A stretch of 64,000 bases of DNA. Origin: an uncultured Dehalococcoidia bacterium (GTDB lineage: Bacteria > Chloroflexota > Dehalococcoidia > Lucifugimonadales > UBA3495). Below the pieces are notes generated by a model. It did not search any database, was not told the DNA's origin, and saw only the letters and a list, made by a program, of their open reading frames with translations. The position numbers were made by a program, and so were the translations under genes. Positions within the stretch are counted from its first letter, which is position 1. Every line of letters starts with the position of its first letter. Of this stretch, positions 18,066-26,282 are shown piece by piece. The DNA lies in the NCBI GenBank assembly GCA_958296445.1, contig OY282565.1, positions 721,936 to 785,935 of the forward strand, given 5' to 3'.

Positions 18066-19439
18066 TTAGTAGTCGGCCCCGGATTCCGACTCCGCCACCG
18101 CCCGCTCTGCTTGGGCTAGGGCTTCGGCTACGCGGGGGGGGGCGGTGCCGCCGGGGTTGTTGCGGGCCGCTGCCGATGCCGCCGCCGTGATGCCGTAGAC
18201 GCCGCGGTCGAAGTGGGGGGAGAATCGTTGGTACTGCTCCAGCGGCAGCTCCGCTAGGCCGATTCCTTGCCTGTCGCAGTGGCGGCACAGCTCGCGCATT
18301 ATGCCGTGGGCCTCGCGGAACGGCACCCCTTTGCCCACCAGATAGTCGGCTAGGTCGGTTGCCAGCATCCCGCTTTCCCCGGCCAGCGACTCCACCCGTT
18401 CCGTCTGTAGCTCTAGGCCGGGGAGCATCGCCGCGAACACCGCGATGGTGGTTTGTAGCGTGTCCACCGTGTCGAAAAAGCCTTCCTTGTCCTCTTGCAA
18501 ATCGCGGTTATAGGTCAGGGGCAGCCCTTTCAGCGTGGTCAGCAGGGCCATCAGCCCGCCGTAGACCCGGCCGGTCTTGCCCCGGGCCAGCTCGGCGAAA
18601 TCGGGGTTGCGCTTCTGCGGCATTATGCTGCTGCCGGTGGTGAATTCGTCGGCCAAGCGGATGAACCCGAACTCGCCGCTGGCCCACAATATCAGCTCCT
18701 CGGACATCCGGGAAAAGTGCATCATACACAGGGCCGCCGCCGCCATAAACTCCACCACAAAATCGCGGTCGGAAACGGCGTCCATACTGTTGGCGCTGAT
18801 GCGGGAAAAGCCTAGTTCGCGGGCCAGAAACTCGCGGTCGGTGGGGTAGGGGACGCCGGCCAGGGCGCCGCTGCCCAAGGGCAGCACATCGGCGCGGCGG
18901 CGGCAGTCGTCCAGCCGCCCGATGTCGCGCTGGAACATCTCGAAATAGGCCAGCAGGTGGTGGGCGAACAGCACCGGCTGCGCCCGTTGCAGGTGGGTGT
19001 AGCCGGGCATCACCACCGGCTGATACCGCCGCGCCAGCCCCAGCAGCGCCCGTTGCACGCCGCGCAGCCCGGCCACGGCGTCGGCGACGGCCTCGCGGGT
19101 GTACAGCCGCATATCTAGGGCAATCTGGTCGTTGCGCGAGCGTCCGGTATGGAGCCGCCCGGCGGCCGGGCCGATGAGCCGGTGGAGCCGCCGCTCGATG
19201 TTCATGTGCAGGTCTTCCAGGGAGGCGTCCCACGGAAAGGCGCCGTCCTCGATTTCCTGCCGGACGCGGCCCAGCCCGTCCACGATGGCGGCGGCGTCCT
19301 CGGCGCTGATGATGCCCTGGCGGGCCAGCATCCGGGCGTGGGCCACCGACCCGGCGATGTCCTGGCGGTACAGGCGCCGGTCGTAGTGGATGGAGACGGT
19401 GTAGGCGGCGAAGTTGGGGGCGTCGTTCATATCATTCAT
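18066..19439 (-). CDS. argH: argininosuccinate lyase
   Basis: YDRRLYRQDIAGSVAHARML...HTGRSRNDQIALDMRLY...GYTHLQRAQP...GSSIMPQKRNPD. Start chosen at MNDMND; the ORF extends to 19478. Confidence 0.95.
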   Translation of the reverse strand: MNDMNDAPNFAAYTVSIHYDRRLYRQDIAGSVAHARMLARQGIISAEDAAAIVDGLGRVRQEIEDGAFPWDASLEDLHMNIERRLHRLIGPAAGRLHTGRSRNDQIALDMRLYTREAVADAVAGLRGVQRALLGLARRYQPVVMPGYTHLQRAQPVLFAHHLLAYFEMFQRDIGRLDDCRRRADVLPLGSGALAGVPYPTDREFLARELGFSRISANSMDAVSDRDFVVEFMAAAALCMMHFSRMSEELILWASGEFGFIRLADEFTTGSSIMPQKRNPDFAELARGKTGRVYGGLMALLTTLKGLPLTYNRDLQEDKEGFFDTVDTLQTTIAVFAAMLPGLELQTERVESLAGESGMLATDLADYLVGKGVPFREAHGIMRELCRHCDRQGIGLAELPLEQYQRFSPHFDRGVYGITAAASAAARNNPGGTAPPRVAEALAQAERAVAESESGADY

Positions 19440-19486
19440 ACGGCTACAAACTATATCGCGGCAGCCCGCGCCGCTCAAGGCCGCTG

Positions 19487-19495
19487 TGGTACAAT
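19487..19495 (+). promoter_or_regulatory. candidate extended -10 promoter element TGgTACAAT
   Basis: tgtggtacaat lies 6 nt upstream of the first base of the structured leader. No good -35 element is present. Confidence 0.3.
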
Positions 19496-19500
19496 AGCGG

Positions 19501-19627
19501 CGTCACAACCGCGCCCGGAGGGTTCCGGGCTGTTCCAATCACGGGTTAGCTCCCCGGCTCCGGGGAGCTAACGAAGGGTGCTGTTTGCCCCTGAGTGGAC
19601 CCGTGAGGGAACGATGCGGTTGTGACG
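19501..19627 (+). promoter_or_regulatory. structured 5' leader / candidate cis-regulatory RNA upstream of the repeat lipoprotein gene
   Basis: A perfect 12-bp closing helix pairs cgtcacaaccgc (19501-19512) with gcggttgtgacg (19616-19627). It encloses a 6-bp hairpin (gcccgg AGGGUU ccgggc, 19513-19530), a helix pairing cacggg (19540-19545) with cccgtg (19600-19605), and a perfect 12-bp hairpin pairing gttagctccccg with cggggagctaac (19545-19572). GAGGGGG and ATG 19659 follow. Confidence 0.45.
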
Positions 19628-19658
19628 GATTGCATCCTAGCCACGAGGGGGCGCTTTA

Positions 19659-20639
19659 ATGTTCAGCAAGTTCGTCGCGGGGAAACTGAATCGCGTTTTT
19701 GGGAAAGGCAAGAAAGTTATCGTGACCGTTGGATTGGCGGCGGGGCTACTGGCCGCGGTGGCTTGTCAAGGGGCGGCGCAGCCCGCGGAAGTCGAGGTGA
19801 CTAGGGAAATCGAAGTTACCCGTGAAGTGCCGATTACTCAGCAAGTCGAAATCACCCGTGAAGTGGAAGTGGCGGTAACTCAGCAGGTGGAGGTTCCGGT
19901 AACACAGGAAGTCGAAGTTACCCGTGAAGTGCCGGTTACTCAGCAAGTCGAAGTAACCCGGCAAGTCGAAGTGACTAGGGAAGTTGAGGTTACTAGGGAA
20001 ATCGAAGTAACCCGCAACGTTGAAGTAACCAGGGAAGTCGAAATTACCCGTGAAGTGCCAGTTACTCGGCAAGTGGAAGTAACCCGGCAAGTTCCGGTGA
20101 CTCGCGTGGCTACGCCAACCCCCCGGCCGCGTGTGTTGCGTCCCACTCCTGTACCCACTCGACGTCCGACGCCTACTGCTACCCCCGTTCCGAACGTTTG
20201 GATGAAGTCCGAAGTTAACCAAGATCGCCTTACAGATGAGGAGTCCATATCGTTTTTTACGATAGCCATAGACCACAATTCGGGAGCATTTTATGACCCG
20301 CCATTTTTAGCAGTTATTTGTTATGAAAGCGGTGGCCGTGGTGTGGGAATAAATTGGGGGGGCATCCCTTTGATGGGCAATCTGTTCTCAGACGAAATTA
20401 CAAGCAGCATTAGGTTTGACAATCGGCCAGCAGAAGAGACAAATTGGCTCATCTCATCGAACAATGAGCTTATCGGTAAAGTTTCCAGTGATGCGGATAG
20501 GTTTATCGAAACAATCAAACGATCCAACATTCTATATGTCCGAGTGACCGATTTTCTGGACGAAACCCGCAATGCCGAGTTCAATATCCGCGGGCTATCT
20601 CGAATAATGGCAACGGAGCCGCAGTTATGCGGCTCCTGA
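19659..20639 (+). CDS. lipoprotein with ~17 hexapeptide (V-E/P-V-T-R/Q-E/Q) repeats, Pro/Thr linker and unknown C-terminal domain
   Basis: Signal peptide plus lipobox-like GLLAAVAC, then EVEVTREIEVTREVPITQQ... for 106 aa, then PTPRPRVLRPTPVPTRRPTPTATPVP, then a ~150-aa lower-GC globular part. Confidence 0.8.
   Translation: MFSKFVAGKLNRVFGKGKKVIVTVGLAAGLLAAVACQGAAQPAEVEVTREIEVTREVPITQQVEITREVEVAVTQQVEVPVTQEVEVTREVPVTQQVEVTRQVEVTREVEVTREIEVTRNVEVTREVEITREVPVTRQVEVTRQVPVTRVATPTPRPRVLRPTPVPTRRPTPTATPVPNVWMKSEVNQDRLTDEESISFFTIAIDHNSGAFYDPPFLAVICYESGGRGVGINWGGIPLMGNLFSDEITSSIRFDNRPAEETNWLISSNNELIGKVSSDADRFIETIKRSNILYVRVTDFLDETRNAEFNIRGLSRIMATEPQLCGS
19788..20105 (+). repeat. in-frame 18-bp tandem repeat array (~17 units) inside the lipoprotein CDS
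   Basis: gaagt(c/g)ga(a/g)gt(t/a)ac(c/t)cg(t/g)-type units, read directly from the sequence. Confidence 0.9.
20615..20636. other. perfect hairpin ggagccgca-gtta-tgcggctcc at the 3' end of the lipoprotein gene; recurs at each Uma2 duplication junction
   Basis: Copies at 20615-20636, about 21448-21469 and (imperfect) about 22125-22146. Confidence 0.7.
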
Positions 20640-20663
20640 ATCAGGTAGCGGAGGGCAAGCAGT

Positions 20664-21134
20664 ATGGTCACGCAAACGCCCAAACTCAAGCTGACCTACG
20701 AAGACTATGCCAAAACCCCCGAAGGGGAGCGGTGGGAGTTGATAGACGGAGAGTTGAATATGTCGCCGTCACCTAAAAGGGCGCACCAGCGGAATCAGGT
20801 AAAACTGGGAACCAGAATGTCCTTTTTCGCTGAGGAAAAGGATTTGGGTGAAGTATATTTTGACTTCGACGTGGCGCTGTCGGATACCGACACCGTGCGG
20901 CCCGACCTGCTGTTTGTTTCCAAAGAGCGGCTGCATATCATCACCGAGGATAACGTGCGGGGTGCGCCCGATTTGGTGGTGGAGATACGCTCGCCGTCAA
21001 CGGCGCGGCAGGACTGGACGGTTAAGCGCGAGTTGTACGCCCGGCACGGGGTCAAGGAATACTGGCTGGTGGACCCGGAAGCCGCTACCGTCGCCGTTCT
21101 GTTGCTGGACGGCAAGGTAGAGCGTGTTGTATGA
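20664..21134 (+). CDS. Uma2/DUF820-family endonuclease, C-terminally shortened copy
   Basis: MVTQTPKLKLTYEDYAKTPEGERWELIDGEL...APDLVVEIRSPSTARQDWTVKRELYARHGVKEYWLVDP. Diverges after LLLDG and ends ~28 aa early relative to its paralogs. Confidence 0.75.
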   Translation: MVTQTPKLKLTYEDYAKTPEGERWELIDGELNMSPSPKRAHQRNQVKLGTRMSFFAEEKDLGEVYFDFDVALSDTDTVRPDLLFVSKERLHIITEDNVRGAPDLVVEIRSPSTARQDWTVKRELYARHGVKEYWLVDPEAATVAVLLLDGKVERVV

Positions 21135-21170
21135 TGTCCTCTCTTGGAATCTACAGAATAGGAGCATCCT

Positions 21171-21413
21171 ATGTCGGCAAGGGACAGGTATCGTAGGGGC
21201 CTGGAGTGCCTGGACTGCGGCAGATCTGGCGAAGCCGAATTCTCCGAGAATGATGGCTGGTCGTTTATGAACAACAGGGAGCACTACGTAGAGAGCGTCT
21301 CAGAGGGTTTCGTCGTGGTTGACCATGGTACTGATCACGGTCAGGAAACAGTAATTGGATGCAAATGCGGGGGCGGGCGTGGTGTAAAAACCTACTCAAT
21401 TCTCCGAAGGTGA
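21171..21413 (+). CDS. hypothetical small Cys-containing (zinc-ribbon-like) protein
   Basis: AGGAG upstream of the ATG. CLDCGRSG ... CKCGG. No family recognised. Confidence 0.4.
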   Translation: MSARDRYRRGLECLDCGRSGEAEFSENDGWSFMNNREHYVESVSEGFVVVDHGTDHGQETVIGCKCGGGRGVKTYSILRR

Positions 21414-21499
21414 TACAAAAGGAAGGAAATTATAGGAAAAAATGGCAATGGAGCCGCAGTTATGCGGCTCCTGAAGCATATAAGTGAAGGTGAAATAGT

Positions 21500-22048
21500 A
21501 TGTCCACACAAAAGCCGAAACTCACCTATGACGACTACGCCAAGACTCCCGAAGGCGAGCTCTGGGAGTTCATAGACGGCGAGTTGCTTAAAGGGGATGT
21601 ACCCAATGAGGCGCACCAATCAGCAAGGGCTTGGCTGGGAACCCGGATGTTTTTATTCGCGCAAGAAAAGGGGTTAGGGGAAGTCTACTTCGTGCCTTTC
21701 GACGTGGTGTTCTCGAATACGGACGTAGTGCAGCCCGACCTGCTGTTTGTTTCCAAAGAGCGGCTGCATATCATCACCGAAGATAACGTGCGGGGTGCGC
21801 CCGATTTGGTGGTGGAGATACGCTCGCCGTCAACGGCGCGGCAGGACTGGACGGTTAAGCGGGAGCTGTATGCCCGGCACGGGGTCAAGGAATACTGGCT
21901 GGTGGACCCGGAAGCCGCTACCGTCGCCGTTCTGTTGCTGGATGGCGGGGAGCTGAAGGTTGCGGGCGTTTATGGCGAGGGCGATACGCTGGACTCGGCG
22001 GTTATGAGCGGGTTCAGCATCGCGCTGGCTGAGGTTTTCCGGGGGTAA
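21500..22048 (+). CDS. Uma2/DUF820-family endonuclease
   Basis: 182 aa. The C-terminal two thirds are near-identical to 22175..22729. Confidence 0.85.
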   Translation: MSTQKPKLTYDDYAKTPEGELWEFIDGELLKGDVPNEAHQSARAWLGTRMFLFAQEKGLGEVYFVPFDVVFSNTDVVQPDLLFVSKERLHIITEDNVRGAPDLVVEIRSPSTARQDWTVKRELYARHGVKEYWLVDPEAATVAVLLLDGGELKVAGVYGEGDTLDSAVMSGFSIALAEVFRG

Positions 22049-22174
22049 GTCTTAAATCTGTACGACTATATGGATGTCTACGACGTTGAGTTTAATGTCC
22101 GTGGGCTGTCCGAAATAATGGCAACGGAGCCGCGATTATGCGGCCCCTGAATCAGGTAGCGGAGGGCAAGCAGT

Positions 22175-22729
22175 ATGGTCACGCAAACGCCCAAACTCAA
22201 GCTCACCTACGAAGACTATGCCAAAACCCCCGAAGGGGAGCGGTGGGAGCTTATAGACGGAGAGTTGATTATGCCGCCGTCACCAAAAGAGGCGCATCAG
22301 GCAGTGCAAGTAGACTTGGGCTTGCCAATGCATTTATTCGCCCGGGAAAACGACTTGGGGAAAATCTATTTGGCGCCTTTCGACGTGGTGCTGTCGGATA
22401 CCGATACAGTGCAGCCCGATCTGTTGTTTGTTTCCAAAGAACGGTTGCACATTATCACCGCCGACAACGTGCAGGGTGCGCCCGATTTGGTGGTGGAGAT
22501 ACGCTCGCCGTCAACGGCGCGGCAGGACTGGACGGTTAACCGCGAGCTGTACGCCCGGCACGGGGTCAAGGAATACTGGCTGGTGGACCCGGAAGCCGCT
22601 ACCGTCGCCGTTCTGCTGCTTGACGGCAGGGAACTGAAGGTTGCAGGCGTTTATGGCGAGGGCGATACGCTGGACTCGGCGGTTATGAGCGGGTTCAGCA
22701 TCGCGCTGGCCGAGGTTTTCCGGGGGTGA
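22175..22729 (+). CDS. Uma2/DUF820-family endonuclease
   Basis: 184 aa. The first 31 aa match those of 20664..21134 at every position but one (ELIDGELI vs ELIDGELN). Confidence 0.85.
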   Translation: MVTQTPKLKLTYEDYAKTPEGERWELIDGELIMPPSPKEAHQAVQVDLGLPMHLFARENDLGKIYLAPFDVVLSDTDTVQPDLLFVSKERLHIITADNVQGAPDLVVEIRSPSTARQDWTVNRELYARHGVKEYWLVDPEAATVAVLLLDGRELKVAGVYGEGDTLDSAVMSGFSIALAEVFRG

Positions 22730-22786
22730 TACTATCACGAACGGAATCAGGATGACGCGCAGACTATTTTATGGACGGGGGAAATT

Positions 22787-23050
22787 ATGGAAAAACAGTG
22801 GCAGCTTGAAGAAGCTGAAACTAGGTTCAAGGAAATGCTGGCGGAAAGCGACGCCCACGGCCCCATAATTATCGTCAAGGATGGCGTGAAAGTGGGGGCG
22901 TTGTTGCCCTTTGAGCATTGGCGGCGGCTGGAGTTGAGGGCCAACCCGGACATCAAGGAGGTACTTCTTGCCCCAGAGCCGCGAACCGAGGATCTTGTCC
23001 CGCCGCGCCCCAAGCGTCGCTGGCGGCGCTCACGTCCAACTTTCAAGTGA
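22787..23050 (+). CDS. type II antitoxin (Phd/YefM-like VapB partner)
   Basis: 87 aa. WQLEEAETRFKEMLAESDAHGPIIIVKDGVKVGALLP, typical of an antitoxin N-terminus. Lies 4 nt upstream of the PIN gene. Confidence 0.7.
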   Translation: MEKQWQLEEAETRFKEMLAESDAHGPIIIVKDGVKVGALLPFEHWRRLELRANPDIKEVLLAPEPRTEDLVPPRPKRRWRRSRPTFK

Positions 23051-23054
23051 TGGG

Positions 23055-23459
23055 ATGTTCCTACTTGACACGAATGTAATTTCAGAATTGCGGCGGGCGC
23101 GGCCTCACGGAGCAGTTTTGGAATGGATGGGCAGCGTGCCTAACCATAATCTCTACGTGGCGGCAGTTACATTCGGGGAAATACAGGCAGGGATAGAGAT
23201 TACCCGGGAACAGGATACAGCCAAGGCTGACGAAATAGAGCAATGGCTGGAAAAATTGCTCACTTCCTTTTCAGTATTGGCAATGGATTATCGGACGTTT
23301 CGGGTGTGGGCGCGAATTAAGCACAGGAAATCCAATACTCTCAACGCCGACGCTATGATTGCCGCCACCGCCATCGTCCACAACCTCACGGTAGTAACCC
23401 GCAACGTGCGCGATTTCCGGCAGTTCGGCGTGGCGTTGCTGAACCCTTTCGCCGGTTAG
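23055..23459 (+). CDS. vapC: PIN-domain ribonuclease toxin VapC (FitB-like)
   Basis: MFLLDTNVISELRRARPH...FGEIQAGI...DAMIAATAIVHNLTVVTRNVRDF. Confidence 0.85.
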   Translation: MFLLDTNVISELRRARPHGAVLEWMGSVPNHNLYVAAVTFGEIQAGIEITREQDTAKADEIEQWLEKLLTSFSVLAMDYRTFRVWARIKHRKSNTLNADAMIAATAIVHNLTVVTRNVRDFRQFGVALLNPFAG

Positions 23460-23470
23460 CGCGGCGGCGT

Positions 23471-23585
23471 TGCATATCATCACTGAGGATAACGTGCCGG
23501 GTGCGCCCGACTTGGTGGTGGAGATACGCTCGCCGTCAACGGCGCGGCAGGACTGGACGGTTAAGCGGGAGCTGTACGCTCGGCG
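23471..23585 (+). pseudogene. internal fragment of a further Uma2 gene copy
   Basis: tgcatatcatcac...gagctgtacgc aligns to 21763-21878 of the intact copy and encodes HIITEDNVPGAPDLVVEIRSPSTARQDWTVKRELYA. It has no start or end of its own. Confidence 0.8.
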
Positions 23586-23874
23586 TCGAAGTTCGTCCAT
23601 AACCGCGGAAACTACTATGTGGGTGTCCAGATTCAGCATCCCACCGAATTCCAGTCGAAAAGATGTCGCCGTGGATCTTAATCTTACCCCGCAGGCTGCC
23701 ATTCAGGACGGCCGATTTCCATTCTTTATCCTCGGGCTCGCTGGGGGGGGGCTCGTGGGGGATGACTTTTGCGATGGGCTTCCCGTCTTGGGTGATGACC
23801 AAGCCTTGGGCGTCGAGTTGGGCCAGCAACTCTAGGCAATGCTCTTTGAAATAGGATGCGCCGACGGATTCCAT
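23536..23874 (-). CDS. Phd/YefM-like antitoxin whose C-terminus reads through into the scar region
   Basis: MESVGASYFKEHCLELLAQLDAQGLVITQDGKPIAKVIP...GKIKIHGDIFSTGIRWDAE. The normal stop appears lost, since the ORF continues over the PIN remnant. Confidence 0.5.
   Translation of the reverse strand: MESVGASYFKEHCLELLAQLDAQGLVITQDGKPIAKVIPHEPPPSEPEDKEWKSAVLNGSLRGKIKIHGDIFSTGIRWDAESGHPHSSFRGYGRTSTPSVQLPLNRPVLPRR
23580..23639 (-). pseudogene. N-terminal remnant (~20 codons) of a PIN-domain toxin
   Basis: MLNLDTHIVVSAVMDELRRR resembles the PIN N-terminus (LDT..l.w). It is truncated where it meets the Uma2 fragment. Confidence 0.5.
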
Positions 23875-23957
23875 AATACCCTCCTCTAGGATATGGATGG
23901 TATCATAGGCAAAACCCGCCGGTAAACCGCTGCGCAAGTCAGCCTGGAGTCCGTGTT

Positions 23958-24980
23958 ATGAGAGTCACCCATCGCTTGGCCGCCCCGTCTTTGGCCGCCA
24001 TTCCCGCCGAGGCCGCTTGGGCCGAGTCGGTGGGGTATGATGCGCTGTCCAAGAACGAAACCGCCCACGACTCGTTTATCCCGCTTACGCTGGCCGCTAC
24101 CTCTACCACCCGGGCGCTGTTGCAAACCAGCGTTGCTATCGCCTTTCCCCGGTCGCCGATGATTGTTGCCTATACCGCCCGCGATTTGCAGGATTTGTCG
24201 CGGGGGCGGTTCCGGCTGGGGCTGGGAACGCAGGTGAAGGGGCATATTGAGCGGCGCTTTTCGGTGGCGTGGGAATCGCCGGGGCCGCGGCTGCGGGAGT
24301 ATGTGCAGGCGTTGCGCAGCATCTGGGCCGCGTGGGAAACGGGCGAGCGGCTGAATTTTCAGGGCAGATATTATCAGTTTTCGCTGATGACGCCGTTCTT
24401 TAGTCCCGGCCCCGGCGAATACCCGCCGCCGCCCGTGTTCACCGCCGCGGTCAACGCCTATAACTGCCAAGTGGCCGGCGAGGTGGCCGACGGGCTGATG
24501 CTGCACAGTTTGACGTCGCCCGAGTACGTGCGCGATGTGGTGCGCCCGGCGCTGGTTCGCGGGGCGGAGCGGGCGGGGCGCGACGCCGGGGGGATTGCGG
24601 TCAGCGGGGGCGGCTTCCTCATCACCGGCCCCAACCGGGCGTCGCTGCGGGCGGCCCAGGCTGAGGTGCGCCGCCGCATCGCTTTCTACGCCTCCACCCG
24701 CACCTATCACTCCGTGCTGGCCGCCCACGGCTTTGAGGAAATCGGCCAGCGGCTTCACGAAATGTCCCTGCGCGGCCAGTGGGCGGAAATGGGCGAGCTG
24801 GTCAGCGACGAAATGCTGGCCGCCTTCTCCGTGTCCGGCGAGTACGACGAAATCGCCGCTGAGTTCGCCCGGCGCTACGGCGGGCTGGTGGACGAGGCCA
24901 GCTTTACGCTGTATTCGGAAAAGCCGCCCAATGAGACGGAGCTGCGGCGCATCATCCGCGGTTTCCGGGAGCTGGGGTAG
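23958..24980 (+). CDS. LLM-class (luciferase-like) F420-dependent oxidoreductase family protein
   Basis: GYDALSKNETAHDSFIPL...RFRLGLGTQVKGHIERRF...VFTAAVNAYNCQVAGEVADGLMLH pattern. Confidence 0.75.
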   Translation: MRVTHRLAAPSLAAIPAEAAWAESVGYDALSKNETAHDSFIPLTLAATSTTRALLQTSVAIAFPRSPMIVAYTARDLQDLSRGRFRLGLGTQVKGHIERRFSVAWESPGPRLREYVQALRSIWAAWETGERLNFQGRYYQFSLMTPFFSPGPGEYPPPPVFTAAVNAYNCQVAGEVADGLMLHSLTSPEYVRDVVRPALVRGAERAGRDAGGIAVSGGGFLITGPNRASLRAAQAEVRRRIAFYASTRTYHSVLAAHGFEEIGQRLHEMSLRGQWAEMGELVSDEMLAAFSVSGEYDEIAAEFARRYGGLVDEASFTLYSEKPPNETELRRIIRGFRELG

Positions 24981-24995
24981 GCGGGAATCCGGCCT

Positions 24996-25146
24996 TTATG
25001 ACCGCCGGTGGCGGATTCTTCGCTTTGCTCAGAATGACAGGCGACGTCAGAGTGACAGGCGGCTAGGGAACAATTATGACCGCCGGTGGCGGGATTCTTC
25101 GCTTTGCTCAGAATGACAGGCGACGTCAGAATGACAGACGGCTAGG
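24996..25146. repeat. two tandem copies of a GGATTCTTCGCTTTGCTCAGAATGACAGG-containing unit (~77 bp)
   Basis: ttatgaccgccggtggcgg(g)attcttcgctttgctcagaatgacaggcgacgtcaga(g/a)tgacag(g/a)cggctagg, present twice. Confidence 0.85.
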
Positions 25147-25167
25147 GGCCGATTATGGGAGGCGATT

Positions 25168-26226
25168 ATGACTTCCGGTGACAGTTACGCCCATCTGGTC
25201 GGCTCGGTGCCGCTGGCCGATGCCGAAACCGTTTTTCGCGCCGCGGCCGCCGCGCTGGGGCCGCACTTGCGCCGGATTCCCGATGGCGAGACCGGGGAGC
25301 GTATCCGTTGGATTTGGTTCCAGCGCGATATGCTGTGGAATCACCCGGATATGGAGGAGGACCCGGACGCCGGGCTGTTCGCGGTGTACCAGTGGGACGG
25401 GGTTCTGTTGCGGGAAACGCCTTATCTGCGCTTCAAGCCGTCGGCGGACCCGGACGCGGTGCGCTTTCCCACGGGCTACGCGGAAGCGGCGGCGGCGTCT
25501 TACGCCACTTATGCCCGGCTGCGGGATGAGGGCGTCATCGGCCCGCAAACCCGGTTCCAGGTGTCGTTGCCCACGCCGATGGCTACGGGTTATATGTACG
25601 TCAGCCCCGCCGCCCGCGACGCCTATCTGCCAGCCTACGAGCGCTCTCTGCTGGCGGCCCTGGACGGCATACTGGACGCCATACCCCACGACCGGCTGTC
25701 GATCCAGTGGGATGTCTGCCAAGAGGTGCTGCTTTTCGAGGACTACTTTTCCCATCGTCCGGCCAACTACAAGCAGCAGGTTTTTGACGAGCTGGCCCGC
25801 TTGGGCGGGAGGGTTCCCGAGGCGGTGGAGTTGGGCTATCACCTGTGTTATGGCTCGCCCGCCGACGAGCATCTGGTGATGCCCCAAGATATGGGCGTGC
25901 TGGTGGAAATGGGCAACGGACTGGCCGCTGGGCTGAATCGTAGGCTGGACTTTCTGCACCTGCCGGTTCCCAAAGACCGCGCCGACGCCGCCTATTTCCA
26001 GCCGCTACAGGGGCTGAACCTGCCCGAGGGCGCCGGGGTGATTCTGGGGCTGATTCACTACGATGACGCCGACGGTGACGCCGCCCGCAGCGCCGCCGCC
26101 CGCGCCTTCCTGCCCGTTTTTGGCGTAGCCAGCGAGTGCGGCTGGGGCCGCACCGACCCGGCGCGAGTGCCGGGCCTGCTGTCCAGCCACCGCCGCGCCG
26201 TCGAGCAGCTTAACCGGGGGGATTAA
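25168..26226 (+). CDS. hypothetical protein, possibly MetE-C-terminal-like (cobalamin-independent methionine synthase fold) family
   Basis: 352 aa. GYHLCYGSP and ASECGWGR resemble the metal-ligand segments of the MetE-like family. Assignment is weak. Confidence 0.4.
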   Translation: MTSGDSYAHLVGSVPLADAETVFRAAAAALGPHLRRIPDGETGERIRWIWFQRDMLWNHPDMEEDPDAGLFAVYQWDGVLLRETPYLRFKPSADPDAVRFPTGYAEAAAASYATYARLRDEGVIGPQTRFQVSLPTPMATGYMYVSPAARDAYLPAYERSLLAALDGILDAIPHDRLSIQWDVCQEVLLFEDYFSHRPANYKQQVFDELARLGGRVPEAVELGYHLCYGSPADEHLVMPQDMGVLVEMGNGLAAGLNRRLDFLHLPVPKDRADAAYFQPLQGLNLPEGAGVILGLIHYDDADGDAARSAAARAFLPVFGVASECGWGRTDPARVPGLLSSHRRAVEQLNRGD

Positions 26227-26282
26227 CCGGGGATTAACCACAGAGGGCGCAGAGAACACAGAGTTGTTTTCGCTGGGGTTAA

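Noticed and set aside
19570-19615. TPP-riboswitch-like string GGGUGC...CUGAG...ACCC...AGGGAA in the structured leader.
   Set aside because: The pyrophosphate-sensing P4/P5 arm (ACCUGAUCUGGAUAAUGCCAGCG-type) is missing, the P3 hairpin is degenerate, and the downstream gene is unrelated to thiamine. The match is probably coincidental. I also found no convincing match to SRP RNA, ydaO, ykkC or c-di-GMP consensus sequences from memory.
19788-20105. Regular 18-bp repeats considered as a CRISPR array or satellite.
   Set aside because: They are in frame inside a CDS with a signal peptide and lipobox, and they encode a coherent hexapeptide repeat.
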